The notes beneath the pieces were generated by a model, which was given only the letters and a program-made list of their open reading frames with translations, did not search any database and had not been told where the DNA came from. A stretch of DNA of 50,491 nucleotides, the filler included, from Streblomastix strix (lineage: Eukaryota), in assembly GCA_008636045.1 (NCBI GenBank). It is 3 parts of 3 records of this genome, joined end to end, with 100 filler letters (N's around TTAATTAATTAA, not from the genome) between each part and the next. Parts side by side here need not be neighbours in the genome. Positions count along the whole stretch, not along the records: positions 1 to 16,768 come from SNRW01000769.1; positions 16,869 to 33,630 come from SNRW01000770.1; 1 more part is not named here. One strand, written 5' to 3'. Shown here in pieces: positions 13,525-25,136 of this stretch; positions within the stretch are counted from its first letter, which is position 1, and the number at the start of each line of letters is the position of its first letter. The position numbers were made by a program, and so were the translations under genes.

Positions 13525-13859
13525 TGAACATGAATAATTGATTGATTAATTTTATTTTCTGAAAACACTACACTATTTCTTAATATTAATATTCACTTTT
13601 TATTTATAGTTGATCATCATCTTCTTAAATAATAATTTCATTTCATATTATTTCCCTCAATTTACATCACATAATCTTTATAAGCAATTCCAATTCATTC
13701 TTTTTAATTATTTCCAATTAAAAAATTTTCCTGTTTCATCTTAATCATATAATATTTATCATCATTATTTATCTATTTAACAAATAAATAAAGCAATCTC
13801 ATTTAAAAAACATATTTAATTATTTTTTAATAAGTTTATTTAATTAGTATTTATAATCA

Positions 13860-15052
13860 CTCATTTGAAAATTTATTAAAAGTAATAAGAAAAATGAATA
13901 GATATGAAGACAAAGATGGCAGTTAAATGAAATTTTAAAAAATAATGAAATTATGGATGTATTTACATTCAATTTCTGTCTTTAAATTCAAATTTCTCAG
14001 ATTAAAAACTTACAAAATACTGAATAAATCTCCTTCTTGGAAATCTTTTGCCTCTTCTTCTGATCCTCCTGCGATTCCCAATTATTTAATTAGCGAACTA
14101 AAAATGTGGAACTGTTTTATTGCCATCTCTTTATAGGACTAATTGAAGTAAGGGAGAATCAAATTCTTGTTTTATTTGTGTGTTCTTTTCTTTCAAACTT
14201 GGAGAGAGTAACAAGATCATCACTCAGACCTTCTATGTTTGCTGAGAACATCTCTCCTGCCCAATTTCTGCTGATAAATGAATGCAGGAATTGAACTGTG
14301 CCTAATCCAATCTGAATTGATGGAACTACTTGTGGAAGATTTTGGATGTTTTTTAGATTTTGATTTTGATTTAGATTTTGAATGTTCTTATTATTATTAA
14401 TATTATTCAAACATTTATAGCAATTATTTCATCATATCTCCTTATTCTTCTTCTTGTTATTATTATAACTATTTTTAATTCTCTTAAAACAATTAAGTCT
14501 TATATTATAGCTGATCAAGTGAACATTAAGTCTGCTTTGCCTGTCAATTAATAACTTGAGGACTATCAGCAAAAGTGTGTAATAGCAACAATGGGTGTTT
14601 AAACCCTCCATGATCTCATTATATGAACAGTTTAGCATCAGCACTGACATCATCATCTTTCTCTTCATCACCCTCGTCTAATCCTTTATATTTATGTATC
14701 ATATATCCAATTGCACTCAAAGCTGCTCCATGAAGATTCTGGACATTGGAAGTGGAGAAGTGGTGATATGATTTCATGCATTTTGTATTACTCTAATAGG
14801 ATTAGTTCATTATCATCATATTATGTAGGGTCTTTAACTGCTTTTAAACTAATTGTTACTTCATTAGCTTTCTTTTCAATTTCAAGTCTTTATCTTCAAT
14901 TAATTCTATATCTTTTTATGTCTTTGTTTCTGCATGAGTAATTGATTGTAGAATGATAATAAGAATAGTAGATATAACTTTTCCCTTTTTTTCTCACTCA
15001 ACTTTGAAATCACTTTTTCAATATCTTCAGATTGTTTATTATCAGATTTCAT
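13860..15052 (-). pseudogene. Degenerate member of the same helical-repeat family
   Basis: Minus strand retains EIISPLLHFQCPES (~14740-14770) and SLIKQLGIAGGSEEE (~14055-14100), separated by frame changes and several TGA stops. Limits are approximate. Confidence 0.6.
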
Positions 15053-15569
15053 CTATCAATTAAAATAGAGTAAATTAATAAAATTAATAAAATTATTTTA
15101 AATTACTACAATTAAATTATTAAAACAGTTAAAATTCATGTTTTTATTGGAAAAATGTTTGCTCATGAAAGTCGTCATAAATTGATAATTATATTAATTA
15201 ATTTGATTATAAAATTACAAAATATATATTAATAAGCAAATATTATGATGTAGAACAATTATTACGTTATGGTAGATGAGAAAACTGTGTACTAAAATTT
15301 GGAGTCATAGTGTAAAAAATCAATCATTATTGTCAATATTCTTTTATTTTCTATTCAAAAAAAGTTAAAAATATTGAAAAATATAAAAAGTTGATAAGTT
15401 AATGGAAGAAATATGTATATATGAAACAATTGATTTGAGGAAAAATTTCTATGAATCATCATTTAAATAAAATTATTGGAAGTGAAATTGAATAAATTAT
15501 CATCAATCATCATGAAAATAGCTCTCAATCTACACTTATATTACAATTATAACTATTTTAGCATCAGTT

Positions 15570-18500
15570 TCAATGGAAAGTCCACAGAAGATCCTCATCA
15601 ACGTCATTGTATCGCCCAATCGGCCGAACATTTGGAACTTCAGGCTGGTCCTGGAGTTTTCCATGAAGCCTGAATATATTTAGAATTAGATAGTATAAAT
15701 ACATTAATAAATGCATATAAGGATATTTAATTAGAGCATTTAATAGAATAATAAATGAATGTATTCAATTAATACTCACCTGTGTGTGTAGTGTTTCTCA
15801 GCCAAATCATAGAGTACATCTTCCATTATCTATACAGAATATATTGAATATATTATTTTCAGAATGATAAGGAATAATTATTATAATAATAAAATAAATA
15901 TTTATAATACTAAATAATCTATTAAATCTAATAATTAATTAATACAAACCAGATCTATCTTGAACAGTGATGAAAGTGAAGCAGGAATACGTTGTGATGC
16001 AGAAGCAAGTTTAGTCTTCTACAGATGCAACATTCCTGATTACAAAAATAAAGATAAATGATATTGTATTATAAATATTCAATTGAAATATATATGTTCT
16101 ATATTGAATATGTATTAATTTATATATTAATAAAATTATATAATAGTATCTTACCTTCTTTTATGAATGGTGGATCAAGTGCTAAATGTAGAATATCAAG
16201 TGTAAGTCTTCTTATCATTATCTTTGCATCATATTGGAAACGCTAAATTAAATTAAATTATATATATTAATAAGGATTATAATTTAAAAAATATTGATAT
16301 TTACATTATGGGTATATTCATATAAATTATATATTTGCATACATCCATTACAATTATTATTATTTCTGATAGATGCCTGCTACCCTCATCTTTCATAGCT
16401 CTAAATTAATAATAAATAAAATATATATTAAAAATCATTTATTCAAGAAATAAAATAATTCTAATAATTATATAATATAATTATTCATTCTTTCTATTCA
16501 TTATCATATTAATTCATTCACACCTGCTTATTTCAGCTTCCAAAGTATATATTCCACGCATCAACATTGCAGTGAACTTCTGTTTCAAAGTACGAAGTTA
16601 GTCATCAAGGTTAAATTATAGAAGTGATTATTATACAGCTGAAGATGTAGATGTTGATGAAGATGAAGAAGATTATGTTGCTGATGTAGATACAGGAATT
16701 GACTCACGAAGTTGTGAGATACGATCACATACCTGGATTATGCGAAAAAGAATAATATTATATTAATANNNNNNNNNNNNNNNNNNNNNNNNNNNNNNNN
16801 NNNNNNNNNNNNTTAATTAATTAANNNNNNNNNNNNNNNNNNNNNNNNNNNNNNNNNNNNNNNNNNNNTAATGTCAAATTAATTGAATTATTATTGTTGT
16901 TATTATAATTATTATTATAATTGTTGTTATTATTAAATAAGAAATTGAAGTTATATATCTGAACTTTATGATCCAGAAGGAGGTGATTTATGATCAGATG
17001 ATTGACGATCACAACTGATATTGGGATTAAAATAATATAAATATAATCAATATTAATAATGTTAATGAATATATATAAACAAATTAAATTAATATAAACC
17101 TTGGATTTCTTCTAAAGAATGAAGTAGATGATGAATCAAATGGTGACGAAGGAGGTGGAGACATTACTCTGTGTCTATTAGAATACAAATATAAATATAA
17201 TTAATATATAATATATAATATAATATCAATTGTTCATTTACATGTAAAATATAATAAATAATAAAATATATAATATATATAATAAATATTATATAATATA
17301 TATTTTATGAACCTTGGAGGTGATTTCTATTTCTCTTTTGATAATGAAGCAGGAGATGGAGATCTAATATGTGGATTATTGAATGGAGCTGAAAATGAAT
17401 TATTTGATTAGTTTTGTTATTAAGGTTTATTATTTTAGTTCAATGAATATGATGGTTATGAAGATGTTGCAGTAGAAAGAATGAACTAGCTCTGTGTGAA
17501 TGGAATGTTTGGTCCAATTGATTAAACTGATGATGTTGGTAATGAAGATGACAAATAAGATGGTTGTTGTTATTGAAGTTGTTACTACTATAATATTTAT
17601 TATTAAAGTTATAAACTTTTCTATTGAAGCAATTAAAATTATTATAGTTATAATTATGATTGTTGTTATTGCTGTTGAAGAAGTGGTTATTATTGATTTA
17701 AGTTTTAGAGTTTGTTTGGAGATGAAGAAAATGATTATATTTGTTGCTGTGAAGAAGCAGCAGCTCCAACACCTGATGAATGACTGAATGGAGTGGTAAG
17801 CTTAACAATAAATAAAGAATAAATGAATGTAGAAGTGAATATATATATAATAATTATTTATTAATATATATATTTGTTTATTTATTATATTAATATTTAT
17901 TAATATTATATACTGAAACAGAATTTGAAAATTGAGATGGTCCTTTTTCTTATCCAGTTAATAATTATTGGAATGAAGGAGTAGGATCTGAAATTCCTGA
18001 CGATGGCTATAATTAATATAATAAATAAGATAAATATTAAAGTATGAATAAAATATTATAAATTCGATTCAATCAAATTCAATTCAATTAAAAATCCATT
18101 CCCAACTCCTATAATATAAATTCATCATACATTCCCAGTAAATCCACCCAATCCAATATTAGTTCTATCTTATCTATACTTAGATCCTTACTACTGATTC
18201 TGTTTATTGAATTTGAAGAATGAATTTGGATTATTTGACATATTGGATGAGAGTGGAGGTGATATGGGGCGTTGTCTGGATAAAAAATATATAAGATTAA
18301 AATATTAATAAATAAGATTAGAGATTGAATAAAAACTTAATATAATATATTATTTCAATATGACTCTTATATTTATTATTATTTCATACTTCTATCCTTG
18401 TTAATTAGGAGGTATATATGGGTATGCTTTAGGATTCCCTTACAACACAGCTTATGCTCTTGCTCTAATCTAAGCTGTCGTCTACGCTATCTATTGCTAT

Positions 18501-21330
18501 TATTATTAATATGACTAACTTAAATTATATGATTGTTGCTGTGATGTATTCAATGATGTATTCAATGATCTTGGAGGACTGTTATGCAATGGTCCTTAGT
18601 TGGATGGAGGGGATTTTGGAGGGAGAAGCTCTTCATTTGTGAGATTGAATCCGTTTCTGTCAGGTTAGCTGCTATTATTATTATTGTTGTTGTTGGTATT
18701 ATTATTATTATCATCATCTGAATTGTATTAATTTTTATATTTAATACCTGTTTATTTAATAGAGAATACTGGAAATAGTGGAAATGTAGGTAATTCTTGT
18801 CTGCCTTACGCTTATGTTGTTAATATCTCCTAATTATTGTTATTCTAATTAGTTACTGATAAAGAAGGAGTTTTCTGCTGATGCTATGGACTTGTAAAAG
18901 TCGAATATAGTGGTGATTAAGCAATACTGATAATCGACGGTATCTATTATTAACTGATATTGATTGATTATACAGTATTAGTATTATTAGTATTATTATT
19001 ATTGTTATTGTTCCTCTTACTTGCATTAGGTGATATGATCTTCTACCCCAAATCTAATACTTTAATCCCTTAATCACTCCTGATACTCCCTGAATCATCA
19101 CTCTGTCCTTTAACTGGACTGTTATTGTTACTGTTACTGTTATTACTGATCACACTCACTGACCCACTTATATGGATCTTATTCTAGCTGATATCTGGGA
19201 TGCTTATCTGTTTATATACTTCATCTGCTTCAGATGAGTCACTGTCTTATTATTATATGAGCTATTGTTATTTCTATTCGTTAACTTATTATTATTATAT
19301 TTATGATTATGATTATTAAACTCTTTTACTCCTTTTCCCCAATTAAGGTGATTAATTATTGAAAATAACTTCATTCTAATTCAACTATACAGATTCATGA
19401 GGTGGTGATACATGTTATGGCTTCTTCTGATTGGGTGGACTTATTCTCCCACTTTCTGGCATAATCTTGGTTGGGTTGTTGTCTTTATAGTCTTTATTTG
19501 GAGTTTGTTCTTGTCTTGAGTGCTGTAATCTGATTTGCACTTAATTGGGTATGTTACTGGTAGTGGTGTATCTTTAATTTGATGTATTGGTTTATTATTA
19601 TATCTATTATCTATCAATAAGTTTCTCAGGTTCTACTCTTTCTCCTTCTCTCAATTATCTATTTAATTCAATTTAATTTTAATTTTAATTGGAAATTGAA
19701 TTTACTTTATTTTCTTTACTGTTCTGATCTTTTTTATCTTTCTTTCTCCTCTACTTCTTATTCTTTCTTTTCTTCTTATCTTTTTTAATTTAATTCTATT
19801 TCTATACTGATGATTATTATATATTAGATGTATTACTAACTTATGCTGCCCTTGATTAGCTCAAGAATGAAGATGTTGGTTGTGATTGATTATGAACTGA
19901 GTTTGAATTTGAATTTGAATCAGATGGAGATGAAGAAGATGAATATGAAGATATGGAGGAATAAGACGATGATGTTTCTGATTTGACATTCTTTTATCTT
20001 TTAGATTTATTACCGTTATTCTTTTTCTTCTTTAATTATTCCTATTTGATAACTTCATTCTATTCTCTTCTTACTTGTTCCCTTTAATTTCTTCTCTATT
20101 ATTCTTCATCCATCATCAATAACTACCTCTTCCTTTCTTATTCTGATTTCTCTGATTCAATTCTCCTCTTTTCAGATAATCTCTGTTATTATTATTATTA
20201 TTCATCATTCAGAACTTATCTATTTATATCCTTATTCAAATCTCTATTCAAATCTCTATTTAAATCCTTATTCAAATCTCTATTCAAATCTCTATTTAAA
20301 TCCTTATTCAAATCTCTATTCAAATCTCTATTTATATCCTTATTCAAATCCCTATTCAAATCCCTACTCACATCCTTCCTCTATATCGCCATTTCCTCTC
20401 TTTCCTTCATCCTCATCTGCATCTATTACATCTCCTTTCTTATCCTGTCATTCTCAGCAGTGACTCACTCAACCTCTTTCCTGGCCTCTTCTGCGGCTGA
20501 GAGAACAGCTTCAATGGCTTTCTGCTTCTCAAGCTCCATCTGGCGCTCGAATTCTTTGGCTTCCTGGTCTTTCTTGTCTCTTTCTTGGAGAATTGTGAGC
20601 TGCTGCTGCTGTTTTAAGAGGAATTCGGATCTTTCTTTTTCTAATCGTTGTTTTTCTTGCTCTATCTGTTTTATTTGTTCCTCTAAAGTTTGAGTATCTG
20701 GTGGTTTATTTTGTAGATCAACTTGATATACCTTAGGTTGATTCAATTTTCTCCTGTTTTTTGATGAATATCGGTCAGAAAATGTTGTACTTGAGCGTGA
20801 ATAAGATGAAGAGCCCGAATTACTCCTTGATGAAAAAGATGTAGAAGATGTATAAGAAGAATTACTCGATTCAAACCGAGAGTGAGATGATCGGTTTGAT
20901 CGTGGATGGTGTCTATGCCTAGCTCTATGTACCCCATGACTTCTCCAGCGACTTGGCGGAGTTTACTGATTACAGCGAGGCCGCTCGTTTAGAAAATTAG
21001 ACGAATTTGCAAATTTCTGTTATGAAATATTTCTAATATTTTGTTACTACTATATTTCAGTAGCTGGACTTACATGTTAAATAGATGATGACGTAAAAAC
21101 TTGATTCGACTGTAGTGTACGTTGTTGAATATTATTTGAGTATCCTACTCTAAAATAATATAGTATAAAGCAAATTGTATAGAAAAAATTAAAATTTAAT
21201 CATTAAAAACAAGCCTAGGAGGACTAGCTCCACTTCTTCGTTCTTCGACGTTTTGTACATTGTACTGTTATTATCTATATCTATCTTGGATTTAATTGCC
21301 TTAAGATAAGATGTTTTTATTCAATTCCAT
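15570..21330 (-). CDS. Large multi-exon hypothetical protein: S/R/H-rich N-terminus, coiled coil, Q/N/S/P low-complexity middle, short-exon globular-looking C-terminus; model spans an assembly gap
   Basis: ATG 21330 (MELNKNILSQG...), then a long TGA-free exon from 21149 to ~18390 (includes track ORF NQPKVYQVDLQ...EEARKEVE) and several short exons. Terminal exons read LDDQLRTLKQKFTAMLMRGIY...RFQYDAKIMIRRLTLDILHLALDPPFIKEG...RLHGKLQDQPEVPNVRPIGRYNDVDEDLLWTFH*. Joining across gap 16769-16868 is assumed. Confidence 0.6.
16769..16868. other. Assembly gap (100 nt) with artificial TTAATTAATTAA spacer at 16813-16824
   Basis: N run with a central palindromic spacer that gives TAA in all six frames; identical to the second gap. 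Confidence 0.95.
20218..20373 (-). repeat. Coding minisatellite: 12-nt unit with 36-nt higher-order period, encoding (DLNR/DLNK/DINR)n
   Basis: Plus-strand attcaaatctct/attcaaatcctt arrays; translation RDLNRDLNKDINRDLNRDLNKDLNRDLNRDLNKDLNRDLNRDLNKDINR. Confidence 0.9.
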
Positions 21331-22944
21331 GACTATTATAATATTATTGATGAGTAAAAGGAAAATCAGTTCAAATTTTTTTCAAATCAAATAAATAAAA
21401 ATTCAATTGTCAATTAATCTAACACAAATTTTACAAAATTAAATTTATAAATTAAAATAAAATATTTTTTTTATTAATTATTTAGTAATTTAATTTAACC
21501 ATGGTATTTTGATGGAAATTTTTTATATTTTCTAGGAAAAAAAATTCATGAGCGTCCCAAAAAAATTAGACCTTTTAATTTGATGATAAACGATTCGTTT
21601 AAGAATAATATACAATTTTTATTATTAACGGACTAAAGCTACGCGGCACGTTTCACTTTTTCTACTGTACCATCTCCAATTTGTATTTTAATATAATTTT
21701 TTCATTTTTATTCGTATCACGTTGAGATAGTTAAAAATTATACTTTTTATCAAATTTGAAAATGATAATAACTAGAAATCGCCTCCAAACTTATTCCATC
21801 GATTTTTATCACATCTTCTTAACTACTAATTATATTTTATAAAAATGAATATTATTTAATAAATATTACCAATTAAATATAATTAGACCCATCAATATTA
21901 TTGCAAATTTTTATTTTCAAACATTTTGTCAGAATTTTTTTTAAATGAATGATTAAATCTAATCTAGACTATAACTAGAAAATAACACCTTTTAATTCGA
22001 TGGTTAATGATTCATTCATATATAATATTTACTATTTATTATTGAAATGTTTTCTTAAATGAAATTATTTATTTCTTCTTCTTATTCTCCATATTCAATT
22101 GCTAATTTCCCATAATGTAGTTTGTTATCCTCATTTTTCATCTTAATTTAAAGAGTCGTTGCTATACTCCTAGAATATGCAGTATTGATGATATCCTTTC
22201 ATTAGCATTTAATTTATTTTTATCATTTTGAATTTTGTCTTTGTTGTTTCTATTCTCAATTATGATTTGTTGATAAAGAAAGACCTTCATCAATTTTCTC
22301 AAATAATGAGATGATATTTCTAACTTTAAATGGAGTCCAACTGAATGTATAGCTCATTAGCATTTCATTACCATTCTAAAAAAACACAATAAATCAATTT
22401 AACTATATAAAATATAATCCAATATGAAAAAAAGCAATATTAAAAAAGGAAAAATATTTTAAAAAAATGAATAATAACCAGCGTTCCCTCTAGGCATTGC
22501 GATGGTTGTGATTTTGTAACCTCCGTTTTGATTTTGACCACACGACCGCAACCACCATTTTTTGGTGAGAGGCATATATGATATTTTTTTTATGATAATA
22601 AAAGAGATCCAAAAAAATTTTTTCTTTGCCTTTCGGGCTTCACATAATCCAAAAATTATTATACAAATTCACAAATTGTTATCATCCATATTATTCAAAT
22701 GTAAACTTTTCGAAATTAATTTTTTAATTATTTTATTTTACAATTATATGTTAGAAAATTAATAAATATTTAATGAACTATTTTTGCATATGCAATTTTT
22801 ATTTTTTTTTATTATAAAAACTCTTCGTAGCTCTTTATTTAGCAACTTATAATTCAAATTAACTTTAAAAATAGTTGTATTTATTCAATTATTTTATAAA
22901 TTATTTAATAACATATATTTTAATTAACTTTTGCAATTATTTAT

Positions 22945-23947
22945 CGCTGGTATTTCAGCAAGTTGCAATAGTTTTCAACCAAATTCCAGTTTCAATTGAA
23001 GTATGTAAGAAAAAGTTGCAAAGAATTAAGGGCATTAATTTAATTGTATAAGATGTTTAGAATAAATGGTATATATATTAATCAATATCAGAATTATTAT
23101 CTGATTAAAAAGAAAAATCCAAAATCCACCAAAAATATCTTCTAAAACAGTTAAAGTCATTAATGATTAAAGATGAAGATGATAACCATGAAAAGACATC
23201 AAAAATAGATGAATTGTGAAAAGAGAATTAAGTTAAAAATAAAAATATATTCAAACTTGTTTCACCTGATTTAAATTGATTAACAGAAATTTCCAATAAT
23301 TGTATAGATGTAACAATTCATCATATTACTTAGTGACTTGATAATTAGAAATTTCTTGCCAATTTCTCTATTTTCAATCCTTATTAAGCAATCATTCACA
23401 ATGATGATGAGTATGGAATACAAGAACTTGATGAATTTTTCATGTTTATCATTGTCAGCTAAAAGAAATGAGCAAAGAGAGTTATTTGTTGGAATGGAGA
23501 GAATTTAAAGCTCAATTGACTACAATATTTGCTAAATATAATACAAGGGAAGTGTGCTAAACAGCTGCTAAACGAGGTGATCATTCTTACGCAAGATTTC
23601 CGCCATATTAGTTTCTATCAGGAGTTTGTCTTACAATTCCTGTGGATAATTACTGGCCAGAGCGAGGCTTCTCCTAGATGAAACAAATCAAATCAAAGGA
23701 AAGAAATAGGATTGGTACAAAAATGTTACAATATTTGATGAATATTAAGCTTAATGACTGGGTGAAAGTGACAAAAGCAAAAGTTTTACAAATAGCTGAG
23801 AGAAGGCATACAGAAAAAGAAAGAAGAGTTTCTGAACAAAAGCAATTGCAGTCATAATTTGCTACACAACAAACTAATTAAGGATTGGAAGCTCTAAAAC
23901 TCATACAACTGAATATATATGAAAGAATTGAATTTTTATTTGTATGA
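22945..23947 (+). mobile_element. Decayed hAT-superfamily transposase (C-terminal portion with dimerization domain)
   Basis: Reads YLLEWREFK...FPPYQFLSGVCLTIPVDNYWPERGFSQMKQIKSKERNRIGTKMLQYLMNIKLN, matching the hAT C-terminal dimerization consensus (LTIPvSsa.cERgFS.mk.iKt..RnrL...L..Lm.i). Upstream frame has TGAs at 23217, 23277 and 23334 and a frameshift near 23440. Confidence 0.8.
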
Positions 23948-25136
23948 CTTATTAATTAAAATAAAAAATATAAACTTATTACACTGCAACCAGCAAAAAA
24001 AATTAAAAGGAACGCTGATAATAACTAAGAAAGAATTAAATATATTTATAAAACAATAATAAAAATAAGTAAATAAATATGTTCATATAAAAATAATACA
24101 AACATTGTAATATTCGTAGTTTGAATTGCTGTTATAAGCGACCATTTTTCAAAAAATCTTAGAATTTCGATATTTTAATGTATAATATAGTATAATTTAT
24201 ATATATACATATATTAATTATATAAATAAATATTTAGAAATAACATTACTTGCTCATGTGCAGTGGAAGAGATTTAGATAAATGCATTTATTGCTAATTC
24301 TCAGTCATCCACTGTTGAAAATTCAGCAAAGAAAAAAATATAAGCTAATTTTTGGTAATTCAGCAAATATATACCATAGCCATATAGACATGCTTGCTGT
24401 GCGAAGAAGGGTAAACGCGCCGCGCACGGTGTATTCAATATTAATAAGATTGTTAATTTATGCATGTATGGATCATTTATCATCAAATAAAAAGGTGTTA
24501 TTTTCAAGTTTCGATTTTGAGAAATCTTCCACCAAAATGCCATTGTTACTTAAAGAAACTAATTTACTATTTTTTATACTTTTGATATAGATCGTAAATT
24601 TAAAATGAAAAATAATAAGATTGTGTAAGTTTGAATTCTGAATTTAAAGATTTAGATAAATTGATTACTCAATAGTTTGATAATATAATAATTAACTAAA
24701 ATTAAATAATTACTCCCGAATAATTTATAGTACAGTTGATTATAAACTTAAAAACTATGAATTTAATGATAAATTAAAGTTTCAGTATTATTTCTCTCTG
24801 TGTTTTTGAAAACTCTTGTAATACAAAATTTTGTATTGAATTTTGCAAATAAAAATTTATTTTGCTAATACCGTAACTATTATTGCTTATTTTTGCAAGC
24901 ATTTTGCAATTTTAATTTTAATTTAAAGAAATTAGTTTGCTGCAATTATTATCATTACTTTAGAATTATTTTCTGTTTTAATTAAATTAATGTGAATATT
25001 ACAAGATTTTTTTAATTATTTGAACTTATTTTAATGTATTCAAATAACTTATATTCCAGTTTTTATTTATTAAATTAACTTTTCTTTACACGTTATTTTA
25101 TTACTTTTTTAATTTTAATTTTTTCCAATCAGAGTA

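Noticed and set aside
16813..16824. TTAATTAATTAA palindrome centred in both N gaps (also 33675-33686)
   Set aside because: Identical placement inside 100-nt gaps and six-frame TAA content mark it as an artificial contig-joining spacer, not biology.
22138..22575. Possible small two-exon minus-strand gene (GGCGRVVKIK...|NGNEMLMSYTFSWTPF...)
   Set aside because: The ATG at 22575 is not in the frame that splices to the open second exon and no domain is recognisable; it may be a relic but cannot be supported.
24282..24590. Overlapping 102-aa and 80-aa ORFs around a GC-rich CGCGCCGCGCACGG patch downstream of the hAT relic
   Set aside because: No recognisable protein motifs, and no matching inverted terminus or target duplication could be found to call it a transposon end.
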